Below are positions 52,668 through 64,000 of a stretch of DNA of 64,000 nucleotides, in pieces. The number at the start of each line of letters is the position of its first letter. Position 1 is the stretch's first letter. This DNA is from Eledone cirrhosa (lineage: Eukaryota). The stretch covers positions 287,122,001 through 287,186,000 of the forward strand of contig OZ024743.1 of assembly GCA_964016885.1 (NCBI GenBank), given 5' to 3'. The notes below the pieces were generated by a model, which was not told where the DNA came from, did not search any database, and saw nothing but the letters and a program-made list of their open reading frames with translations. Both the position numbers and the translations under genes were made by a program.

Positions 52668-54607
52668 ATCATCATCATCATCATTTAACGTCCCTGTTCC
52701 ACGCTTGCATGGGTTTGGACGGGGGTTTTCCCACTTGAGGCAAGAGTGGTTGTCTTGCTCGCATAGGACTGTCTGGCGGGTTTTCTACAGCTGGATGCCC
52801 TTCCTAACACCAACCACATTTACAGTGTGGGACTGGGAGGTTTTTACCGTGTTGCCTACACGGTCACATTACAGTGTGGACTGTGTGTTTTTTTGTCGTG
52901 ACACCTACACGATCTCGTTTGTTTCGGCCTGGATGTTGTGGCACCAACATAACTTTGCATTGAAGGGGGCGGTGTGGATGGGGTGGGACGGGGGTGTATT
53001 TTGTTAGAGATGCCTACTGACTGTAGTAGGTTTTACTTTGTATTTAGGTAAGGCGGGTCTTCTCTATTACTGAGTACCGCCAAAGGTCTCGGTCCAGTGA
53101 CATTGTCTTGGAGAGGTGTAAGTGTGTGAGGTCGGAATTTATCAGCTCGTCCCAGGTTTTCCTGGGTCTGCCTACTCCGTGGCTAACGTCTATCTTTATT
53201 GCCCTGCACTTTGTTATACAGCTGTCGTCTTTCATGCGCATCACATGACCATACCAACGTAGCCTTCTCTCGAGTAAACAACATCTGATCCCTCTTATTT
53301 CTAATTTTTTCCTTAGTTCGTTTATGCTTTGCCGTTCACGTATATTACTATTACACATCCAGCGGAGCATGCAAGCTTCATTCCTCTCTAATCTGCGTAT
53401 ATCCTCTGCACACAATGCCCAGGTCTCACTGCCATGCAACATTGCTGTTCGTATGCAGGCATCATACAACCTGCCTTTCATTTTTAGGGAGAACCCTTTA
53501 GCGGCTAATAGTGGTATAAGCTCTCTGAACTTTTTCCATCCAGTTCTGACTCTAGCTACTGTACTTTCAGAGCACCCTCCCCCACTGCTGATTTTGTCAC
53601 CCAGGTAACGGAAGCTGTCCACTATTTCTATAGAACCCTCTGCGCAATTGAAAGAGTTAGTGTTTTGTGGGCACTTGCTGCTACTTATTGCACCAGAGCA
53701 CCGGCCACATGTAAAATCTGTGTTCTTAGTTAGCTTACCTGTGATCCCACTACATCTTTTATGCACCCATACTTTGCATTTGGGACATAAAATGGAGTTT
53801 CTACCTACGCCTTTCCTACACACTGAACATGGCCATTTCCCGGAGGGGACCGGCGCCTTATTTTCTTTCCTACAAACTAGAACTTTAGTCTTAGCCAGGT
53901 TAATTTTAAGGCCTTTTGATTCTAGGCCGTGCTTCCATGTTTGGAATTTCTTCTCTAGCTCGGCCATTGATTCAGCTATGAGCGTTAGATCATCTGCGTA
54001 TAGGAGTTCCCATGGGCAGCCGGTCTTGAACTCCTCTGTTATAGCCTGAACGGCAATAATAAATAGTAGGGGGCTAAGAACAGAGCCCTGATGGACACCA
54101 ACTTTTACGCTAAACTCTTCACTATATTCGTTGTTAATTCTAACCTTGCTGACTGTTTCTTTATACATGGCTTGTATGGCTCTCACAAGCCATTCGTCAA
54201 CACCTAGTTTACTAAGAGCCCACCAGATAATGGAACGGGGGACTCTGTCGAAGGCTTTCTCCAAGTCGACAAAAGCTAAGTATAGGGGTTTACTTTTAGC
54301 TAGGTACTTCTCCTGTAGTTGTCGTACAATGAAAAGAGCGTCTGTGGTACTTTTTCCTGACACAAACCCGAACTGCATTTCATCTAGATCAATTCGCTCT
54401 CTGATTAGTTGCGCTATTACTTTTTCCGTGACCTTCATGACCTGGTCGATTAATTTAATGCCTCTATAGTTACTCCTATCTAGGGCGTCTCCTTTACCCT
54501 TGTAACAGTTAACGATGATGCTGCTACGCCAGTCCTTCGGAACAACCCCATTCTGTATGACTTGGTTTACTATCCGGGTGACCATGGTGTGTCCCACCGT
54601 ACCGGAG
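52668..54607 (-). mobile_element. RTE LINE copy D, 5'-truncated, RT frame intact
   Basis: Open RT frame to the stop at 53044, plus 3'UTR and tail; shares diagnostic residues with copy C (AKSKP, KWPC, MKDD). Confidence 0.96.
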
Positions 54608-56099
54608 GCTGACACTTTAAACTTGACGGAGCCCATCCTCCTCCATGCCTAAACACAGCCAATTTCTTACAGAGGCGAAGAGAAAGTGATAGAGACGAAG
54701 TCAGAATATAGGGGAAGAATGAACTCCAGTACATTTTTTATTGACCTTGAAAGCGTGAAAGGCAAAGTTGATTGTCAATTCCCCATCTAAGTGAGTAGAC
54801 AATATTGTAAATGTGAAGGCCATGTTTGCATAGGATATAGGTTTTGAACCCAGAATACAAAGAGCTGAAACCAGTAAAGTAAAGCATCTCATTCGGCAGT
54901 CTAACAAATTAATCAAATGCACCTAAACTGGTACTCTATCAGCTCCGAAAAGGCAAAGTTGACATCAGAGGTATTTGAACAAATTTGGCAAAGAATTTAA
55001 TCTGACATTCTAACAACTTTGCCAACTTGCCATCTTCAGTGAAGTAGTAACCATCATCATCATTGTACATCTGCTTTCCATGCCGACATGGGATGGATGG
55101 ATCACTATGGTCAGAGACTAGACAGGTCAAATAACCACATCTTGCTTATATGATTTATATTTTGACATGATTTCTACAGCTTGGATGCCCTTCTTAATGC
55201 CAACTATTTTATAATGTGAAATGGGTGCATTTTATAATAGAACCAGTCCTAGAGAGGTTGTCACAAGCTCGGCAAGACTGAAGAGTCCTCTCTAACCCAT
55301 ATTATCTCTGTTCAACCACTTTACAAAATGTACTATTGTCAGGTTCTCTCTACTCTATGTTGTCTGGTACTGAATGCATTCCATCATGACACCAACACTA
55401 AAGAAGCTTTCCCATTCACAGCAGGCTAAGAAAGACTCCTCTACTTCATGCAATCTCCAATCTCTCACCACATTTACTTTTAGCATCACAGTGCTTGTAA
55501 TGGTGAGTGGGTGTTAATGATTTAACATTTTTGTAGAGGGAAAAAAGTGGAGTATTGGAGAGAAATCTAATAAATAAAAAACCCCAGTACATAGCTAGTA
55601 CATTTATTTTGATTTCTTCAGAAGGAGGAAGAGTCAATATCAACATGAACAAGATTTCAACTGAAGAATACAATTAAAAAACATCTAAACACCGGAAAAC
55701 AGTCTGACATACGCCATTATCCTTCTTCAATGTCATTAAGTATTTATTTACACATTGAGACAATGTAGGGTTTGAGACAACACTTCAGTCTGGCACATGT
55801 GACCTATTCATTGCTGGTGCCACAATGAATTCACCTAGTACACCCTGTAAAGTGTTAGTATTGGTGTCATGATAACATGCACCTAATCCACCCTGTAAAA
55901 TGTTAGTGTTTGTGCCACGAAAATGCACATAATACACCCTGTAAGGGGATTGGTGTTAGAAAGGGCATCGAGTTGTAGACACCATGTCAAATATGGAATG
56001 TAATGAGCAAGATATGTCGCTCTGGCTTATCTGGTCTAGGACAGTGACAACCAGTCCAAGCCATGCCTGTGTGGAAAGTAGATGTAAAATAATGACGCT

Positions 56100-56500
56100 A
56101 ATGTTATGATGAAGCTTTGATCAACATAAACAAGATTTTAAAATCAAGAATGCAGAGAAAGAAATCTAAATACAAGACATTCTGATCACACTAGACTAAA
56201 CCATCCTTCAGTGGTAGTAATGTAATACACATTGTTAAAATGATGTTTTGATCAAGAATGCAAGACATTCTGGCACACCAGATCATCCTTCTTCAGTGCT
56301 AGTAATGTATTTATTACACATTGTTAAAACGATGTTTTCATCAAGAATGCAGGGGAAGAAATTTAAACGCTCTAAAGCATTCAGTCTGGTGCTTCACCAG
56401 ACATTTTCGGTGCCAATAAGTATTTGCTACACATTGTTAAAAATGATGCTTTGATCAACATGAACAAGACTTAAAATCAGGAATGTAGAAGAAATGTTCA
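56100..56500. repeat. Degenerate tandem repeat containing ACACATTGTTAAAA(A)TGATG...ATCAAGAATGCA
   Basis: Motif recurs 3-4 times at roughly 90-110 bp spacing. Confidence 0.6.
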
Positions 56501-59227
56501 GAGCTTATTATGTATTTACTGCATATTGTTATAAATGATGCTTTCGAAATAACATACTTTTAATTAGATTTCAGGAACAAATAGCTATGCCGACACCAAC
56601 CTCACTAACATTTTGAGGAGCATTTGAGAAAGCAGCAGCAGCTAGAGAAAGGTGGGGAGAGAGAGAGAAGTGATATTGTAGAAATGGAGATGACGTTAGT
56701 ACAAAGTGGTTCCACCTGTGAAAGAGATATTGCTAACAAATGTAATATAAACTATGTTTGTTGTCTACTACTTCCTCATCAGTTACCTAATCAGACAGCG
56801 ATTCATAAATAAGGTACCTGTAGAAATTGGCCTCATTGCAATATGATCGGGTAGTTCTAGTGGCTCAGAAGAGATGCAACAGTCTTGGTGGAGGGGAGTA
56901 AATGTAACACGATAGACTTTGTTTTTGTCTTCAGAAATTTTTCTCTCCTCATATATTGTCAGACCTTTGTGTGCATTGCAAGCTGGCAGTTGAAGACCAC
57001 AAGCCTAACATAAATGGAAGTATGTATGTATGTGAGTGTGTGTCTTCGGGCCACGAGGAATCCACGAAAAGCAAACGAAAGAAATCTTTTCCTCTGGATA
57101 TGATTTTTTATGGATTTATTTATTTTACTGTTTAAGTAATGGGGAGGGGGGAGGGCTGTACCCACGGCCGTTTCCTGGGCCACCCAGAATGGAAGGAGGA
57201 AGGAAAGTAAGATATCTTTAAATCGAAAATGTGGTATGAAATGCTTGCAATAGATATTCAAATACCAGGTGGCAATGCGGACCCGAGCTCCTTACTTTCC
57301 AACGATGCCTCTCAGATTTAGAAAATAGAGTTTAAGTCTTAACTTTTCTCAAAATAAGAACAAAAAAAAGTTAATCAAAGAAGCTGGTCAAAAATATCCC
57401 TAAATGTTCTGAAGCCCCCCACCTCCTTCCAACGTGCCTGTGATGATGCTAAATCGGGCGACGATGGATTATATTTACCACCCCTATAATACCGGTTTAT
57501 CTGATATGACAATGTAGAATGAAATGTGATCAGAATAACAACGAAAAGCTAGCACGGGAAACACGTGACCTCCCGAGAAATAGTCGATTAATTTAATTAA
57601 AGTAATTTCAAATCGAGTATTTCTAGAACAGTTTGTCAAAATTGCTAATGAGCAAATTGGAAAGCTTATAAATTTATACACCAATTAAAGTTTAAAATTA
57701 GATTTATTTGCTCTCCATACTTGTATACACGAGTTGGTTAAGAGAGGTGCATCAAATTGTGTACTGAGGGTGAAATTAAATCAAGCGATCGTTCTAAATA
57801 ACTACTAACTTATATATAAAGTAAGGCCCCCGTATAACAGACTTTGGTTTAGGATTTTAGATTTAATGGACCAAAACTAGGGTCACATATTTTTTATTAT
57901 ATAATTGCAAGCATTTTTCGTATTAAAAACAATAAAAACGACTCATTAACGGACACACCTTCCTCTTATTAGTAAATTAAATCGAAGGTTTACTGTATCT
58001 AAATTCATTCTAAAACATATACCACAAGGCTACAATGTTAAGCGCCTTAATGAGATAGGTCTGAAACAAGGTTCAACTCCTGGCTGGCATAAATTTCACA
58101 TCAGTGACGTCTTTAATGCTTGAGGGCGGCGTGAACGTCACGATATATCATTCTCCATACTTTAAGTGTTCGATGTGTGTGTAAATACATTCCACTAAAT
58201 TGGATTCCAAATGATGTTATACCTAATTAAGGACTAATTAACAAATAATTAATTAGCAAATGACAGTTTGAAATATATACAAGTTAAATAAAATAATTAA
58301 AAAAAAGAACAATGAATGCTTTTGTCTTCGAACGGATTGAATTTTTTTTTAATTCTGGGAATAGGATTCAGACTTGTCTTCCGTGGAAATGAAGTAGAAT
58401 TTTGAAGATGAGGTTACACCACCATATATACATATGTATATGTATGTGCATATAACAACTTATTTTAACATTTTTCATGAAGTTAAATAGTATATGAATT
58501 TTACTTTTTTCTAAATAGCTTAGCCTCGTAAATGAGGTTAATTTTTTTTTTTAATCAGGGGCAGCGAAAGATCTTTATACTTAAAAATTTGATATATTCA
58601 TGTTTTCAACTGGTCGACTTAAAAAAAACGAAAAGAAAAGTCACTTCCTATATATATATTAAGACTAACGTTAGAGTGTGTGTGTATACATACATACAAT
58701 ATATGGTTGGAGCAGAACGTTTCCCATCATAAACAGAATCAAATGCTAAAAATACATATACGTACTTGTCACTAAACTTCAGTTTAATAATAATAAATGT
58801 GTGTGTGTGTTAAACTGAAATTAAGTGACAAGTACGTTTAGTGGCATAAGATGTAAACCTAAAATCGAAAGCTATTTAAAAACACGACCAGCATCGTAAT
58901 TGAAAATGAGCTTTTACACACAGACACTATATATACAATACACACATTGTGTTTATAATGTAGATCGGTAACGAGAAACTCTGAGTAGCGACTCACGAAG
59001 ACTCAGCTTTGAATAAACATTATTTTACGATGCTGAGTATTTTTTCACCTAGGGTGATCTCTTAGCTACACACACACACACCTATATATATATGTGTGTA
59101 TAAAAATTCTAGAAAGAGGACATTTTTTGTTTCTTTTTTTTATGATCTTCCACCTCCGCCAGCTGTTTGGAACGATATTATTGAATAAAGAACTCAACAC
59201 TGGAGAAGATATCCAAGAACCACTCAC

Positions 59228-59290
59228 CTGCATTCCTAACCATGGATTTATATCATACGTAGTTCCATTGGAGATAATCCCGCTGGACAT
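59228..59290 (-). CDS. TAB1: TAB1 coding exon 1 (MSSGIISNGTTYDINPWLGMQ)
   Basis: ATG followed by 21 codons and a strong CAG|GTGAGT donor. Phase 0 matches exon 2, and a promoter-like region lies just upstream. No sequence homology support. Confidence 0.65.
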
Positions 59291-59415
59291 TTCTCCTTTA
59301 AACAACCTAACTTATAAGCTTCACTCGAAAATAGTCACATCCGTTTCATATCTACCGGAAGTAGAGCAAGTGTCAGACGAATGAGTCTGCGCAGCCACAA
59401 CAGCAGCCATCATAT
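59291..59415 (-). promoter_or_regulatory. Putative TAB1 5'UTR/core promoter
   Basis: ETS/GABP-type CCGGAAGT at 59355-59362 and TGCGCA at ~59388, with locally retained CpGs, 65-100 bp upstream of the proposed ATG. Confidence 0.5.
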
Positions 59416-59435
59416 TTATTTCTATTTATTATTAT

Positions 59436-59536
59436 TGTTGACTTTGCCTTTCATCCTTACGGGGTCGATAAAATAAAGTACCAGTAATGCACTGGGTAAT
59501 TGCTGGCCTTGTGCCTAAAGTAGAAACAATTATTAT
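59436..59536 (+). mobile_element. 5'-truncated SINE just upstream of TAB1
   Basis: Core and tail essentially identical to the 9837-9936 segment. Confidence 0.88.
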
Positions 59537-60837
59537 AATGTCATTTAACCCAAGGTCTGTCTTTAACTCAACAAAGATCTATGATCAAATGTGTTCCAAA
59601 TATGACTATCCCATCTTTCTTTCTGTCATAACTCTAGTTTAATGCCATCCATGTCTTTGTTTTCTCATAACTTTTTTAATAAATCATGTTTTAATGAAAT
59701 TTTGCAGCGGTACATTTTCGAAAGTGATAAAATAAGGAATTTAGCTTCCACCCACCTTAATTCATAGTTGTAGAAATGATAGTACGTTCCAGTATAACAT
59801 TTATATTATCCTGATATTACTCCAATCATTTTATTTCAATTGAATGCATACAAATAAACACTATATATATATGAGAAAAAGTGGACGCACCACAAACATA
59901 TGCCAGAACAAGGGGCACTGTTTTATAATCATTTTTAGGCAAACCAACAGTCGGAGCATTGTCGCAGTAGGGAGATTTAGCTGCTATGCCTTGCAAGTCG
60001 AGCAGCCACATAGAGCGTTCTGTATATCTTTGTATGTCTCCTATCGAATAACAATCAATAGAAAAGCAGATATTGATTAACTTTAATTAAACACAATGCC
60101 CAGATTTTATTCTTAATTTTTAACTGGAAGTGTATTGCCATGAATTTTTAAGGTACAACTATCGTAAACTGGTCCAAAAATTTGACGTTCATGAATCGTA
60201 AATATTGAAAGATAACAGAGACATAATCGAGATAGTTAATAGAACTTTATTTTGCCTACTGTTTTGATGTTTATATATATAATCGTGCGAAACCATTTTG
60301 CTGTCTGAAAGCTGATGAGTGGATAAAGATGTGTGTGTGTGTGTGTGTGTGTGAACTTTTCTTGTACATCACCTTTCTTTATTTCCTTTTTCCAGTCACT
60401 TCTATGCGCCAACACACTTCTTCTTGTCATCCTTCTCTTTCAATCTTTTCTATATTTCATCTGCCTGTCATCCACCTTATGGATTGTCTCTATGTCGACC
60501 ACTGACCGCTATTCTCTGATCTCTGAGACATTTTAGCCCATCGCTGTTCTGGCGATAAGTTTTCTCATTTTTATGTATATATATATGCAAATAATGAAAA
60601 CATAAAATATGTTTTGAATTTTGTGTTTCTCAATAGAACAGATCTTGCTATTTTTTTGTTATTACGTGCAATGAATAATAGCTTAGCATCTGTCTGTATA
60701 TAATACAATATATAATACAAAGATTGCATCCTCCATGACACACACATATGTATGTGTGTGTGTGTGATAGGACCTATAATAAAATAATTAAAGAGCTGTT
60801 TCTTATATATATACTGTATATATATAAGAAACCGCTC

Positions 60838-60893
<56 letters not shown>

Positions 60894-61354
60894 TTGCGAG
60901 GTTTTTGATATGAAATCGTGTGTCGAAACAAATATTGTTATACTTGGGGAGGGTCATATTGTTGTAATAATATTGCCAGAATTAATAACAGAACACACTC
61001 ACTGTTTGGTTGGTTTTCGCTTCTGTATCTTTTATATCAGTTAATTCATTCGGTCCTCAATGTTTACCATTGACTGACCAACGGTCAAAAATACAGATAT
61101 AATATAGATATAAACACATATATATAGTCTAACAAAGTTCTTTCGTTGCACATCTGCAACATTGTCAGTGGTGCTATTATGTTCTTGTTGTATTGTATAT
61201 TTACGCCATCTTTATTTAATCTGTTTATTTATTTATTTATTTTTGTCTTCTTCTCTGCGCATGTGTTTGCGTGTGTGTATAGTGTTTGGTGTGTGTTCGC
61301 GTTTGGGTGACTGTGTTTTGGTTATTGTATTCTATCTTAGTTTACTAGTGTGTG

Positions 61355-61425
<71 letters not shown>

Positions 61426-61432
<7 letters not shown>

Positions 61433-62186
61433 ATGTTGAAAAGGTAACACACCAGAGAGAGATATACAGTGCGTATCAATAATGCAGGGGGGAAAACCAC
61501 CAGTGTATGGAATCTATAACCTATGAAAGGCAGACTATAGACACGATAATTAAAAATATAAATTAAAGCGTAAATAAATACCTCTATAACTATATAACAC
61601 ACGTACAAATCCAAAGATATGTTTCACCAATAATTTGTTGAAAGAAATGGGTTAGCCTCGGTTCATCAGCGTGTATACATTTCAGACAACTCTAAAATTG
61701 ACTGTCCAGCTACACGTGGGAGAGAGAAGTCACAGCGTGTTTAAGGGCAGTGAACCAGTGGCCTCTGAGGGACGAACTGCTAGAAACGGCAGCCCAAAGC
61801 CACTCAGAGAAGTGTGCTCAACCAAACAGAGTTAGGAAAGACTGTTATTAGGAGCGAAATATCACGATAAATTAACGGAGGCATAGGCCCTCGCTATTCC
61901 CTGTAAACACTAATCTTTGGATGTGTGCGTGTGTTATATAGTTATAGAGGTATTTATTTACGCTTTAATTTATATTTTTAATTATCGTGTCTATAGTCTG
62001 CCTTTCATAGGTTATAGATTCCATACACTGGTGGTTTTTTCCCCTGTATTATTGATAACGCACAGTATATCTCTCTCTGGTGTGTTACCTTTTCAACATA
62101 TTGTATTTTAAAGATCCCAGGATCTGTTCTCCTTTGAGCACATTGTTTACAGGGAATAGCGAGGGCCTATGCCTCCGTTAATTTAT

Positions 62187-62194
<8 letters not shown>
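61426..62194. repeat. Interlocked inverted repeats (A 61426-61618 / A' 61913-62106; B 61859-61909 / B' 62144-62194) between (TA)n arrays
   Basis: Direct reverse-complement comparison; mirrored ORFs at 61345-61614 (-) and 61917-62111 (+). Confidence 0.92.
61598..61675 (-). ncRNA. Type I hammerhead ribozyme, intact core
   Basis: Minus strand TACACG-CTGATGA-ACCGA...TTGGT-GAA-ACATATCTTTGGATTTGT-A-CGTGTG. All three stems pair; GUA cleavage triplet. Confidence 0.8.
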
Positions 62195-62224
<30 letters not shown>

Positions 62225-62232
<8 letters not shown>

Positions 62233-62723
62233 ATACTTTGGGAGGGTCATGTTGCCAATAAGAAACACACGCACCAGTTGCTTTCACTTCAATTTATTAT
62301 ATATTTATAAATTTATAAATTTCTGGTTGGTTGGTTGGTTCCACAACCAGATAGTTGTTTATAGATAGTCATAGTCCTTTCGTCACACACTCTGTGACCT
62401 CTTCAGTGACTGGGGATTCCTTTCTTTGTTTCTGTGCCTCTCCTTTCTCTGTCCTACGCCAGAAACAAAATGGCGTAGGACAGAGAAAGGAGAGGCACAG
62501 AAACAAAGAAAGGAATCCCCAGTCACTGAAGAGGTCACAGAGTGTGTGACGAAAGGACTATGACTATATATAAACAACTATCTGGTTGTGGAACCAACCA
62601 ACCAACCAGAAATTTATAAATTTATAAATTTGTAAATTTATAAATATATAATAAATTGAAGTGAAAGCAACTGGTGCGTGTGTTTCTTATTGGCAACATG
62701 ACCCTCCCAAAGTATAACAATAT
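62225..62723. repeat. ~500-bp near-perfect palindrome with 9-nt spacer
   Basis: Arms 62225-62461 and 62471-62723 are reverse complements apart from one 16-bp indel and about one substitution. Confidence 0.95.
62521..62565 (+). ncRNA. Minimal type I hammerhead-like motif (mirror copy at 62367-62411 on -)
   Basis: AGTCA-CTGAAGA-G-GTCACA gagtg TGTGAC-GAA-AGGACT-A-TGACT: 5-bp stem I, 6-bp stem II, 2-bp stem III. Confidence 0.7.
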
Positions 62724-62775
62724 CGGTTTCAACACACGATTTCAGATAAAGAATCTTGCTAAACAAATTCAGAAA

Positions 62776-62831
<56 letters not shown>

Positions 62832-62885
62832 TTTATTTATTTATATTTCTCTTAAGTCAGTATTGTTTGGTTGGGTGTTGTTATT

Positions 62886-64000
62886 TCATTCATTTTTTCT
62901 GTTTAGCTTTGGCCTTCTAAGTTCTATTTCACTTGCCTCTCTGATTTGCCTATCTGCTGGGTCATTTCTATGTTTAGATATTATTCTAATTTCTATGTTG
63001 TCTATGTTACAGTCGTGTTGTTGTCTGGCGTGTTCGTATAGTACTGAACCGTTTTTTCGTCCTTTTAGTTCCCCCCAGTGTTAGTCTATCCTTTCAACTA
63101 TGCTACGAGTTGTCTCGCCTATGTATGTTGTTGTCATGTTTCTGCAAGTACCCTCTGTACATCTTATGCTATAGACTACGTTTCTAGTTTTACAGTTTAT
63201 CCGGGGGTTTACTTTACATATAATACATTTCCTATTAGTACAGTGGGTTTTCTTAAAAGGGTATGTTTTACTGATCAGGGATTTTATGGTAGTTCCTGGC
63301 TTTCTACTACCTTATTCTTTAAGTGGGTCTTTCTTAGGACCTTTCTACACTGGTTAGCTAATTTGTCTCCAGGGGTAGCGTCCACGAACATGATACTCTG
63401 GTTTCTCTGGTTGTCGTACCATGAGGTGGCTTTCTCTATATTATGTTTAGTCCTATCTAAGCTATTCCATGATTTACTCCTGTATAATGGGCAAATTCCT
63501 TTCATGTCCAGTTCTATGAGGGTCTTATACTTCTCCGTGGCTTCTTCGTATACTCTGATTCTGTCTCTTTGGTTGTAGCCAGAGAACTGCATGCGGTTGA
63601 TGAAGTGTTGGATGTGTCTTTCCATTTCTGTTGGGTCGCACATGCGGGACACGTTCTTCATCACTCGTACCAAGTCTGCGATCAGAATATTAAACTTAGC
63701 ACTACTGGACATTGCTGAGCTTTTGAGTATCAGGTATTTGGAGGCCATGGGTTTAGCGTAGTGTGAGTGGAGAATTTAGGCCCTCTCGTCTATAGTGTTA
63801 ATCCAGAGTTCCGTGTCTAATACAGGTAGTCTACTGTTAGGGTGTTTGGAAGGGTAGTCGATAGTTACGGTTATACTCTGGTGTATGTAATTAGCTATCT
63901 GCTGGATGCTTTCCATTATGCTACATTCTAAATCATACTTGTTAGTACTCTCTTGTGGGGGTGTCCTTGTTACTATATTAATGTCGTCTACGTAACGAGA
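62886..64000 (-). mobile_element. Penelope-like retroelement (Neptune-type), RT C-terminal half + GIY-YIG endonuclease, with stops; runs off the window
   Basis: Hand translation gives RYVDD at the edge, LPVLD, Y.KPMAS, SGY, a Cys cluster CTNRKCIIC...NCKTRN, then VVYSIRC...YIGETTRSIVER and RQIREA...PKLNRKNE. In-frame stops and a frameshift are present. Confidence 0.88.

Noticed and set aside
60283-60325. GAAA...TC...CTGATGA as a type II hammerhead
   Set aside because: Stems I and II cannot form convincingly; likely chance.

Overview
AT-rich, repeat-dense eukaryotic (metazoan) DNA. The repeat content suggests a cephalopod, probably an octopod; this is inference only. Two convergent spliced genes can be reconstructed by hand with consistent GT-AG sites and intron phases. 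One is a 2-exon THAP zinc-finger gene on + (391-598, 16271-16551; ~162 aa). The other is a 7-exon TAB1 orthologue on - (59290 to 20067; ~557 aa). The rest is mostly transposon-derived. It includes four young copies of one RTE-clade LINE whose RT carries an inserted C4HC3 PHD-type finger, older RTE debris, a Vingi/Ingi-like LINE, R4/Dong-like fragments, many tRNA-headed SINEs, piggyBac-type MITEs, a non-autonomous Helitron and Penelope-like element (PLE) remnants. The most striking unannotated signal is a set of hammerhead-ribozyme folds in (TA)n-flanked, inverted-repeat modules (45445-45599 +, 61598-61675 -, and a mirror pair at 62367-62411 - and 62521-62565 + inside a ~500 bp palindrome). Most lie next to a Neptune-like PLE and within about 2-3.5 kb upstream of TAB1. 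All calls are by eye; no database searches were run.
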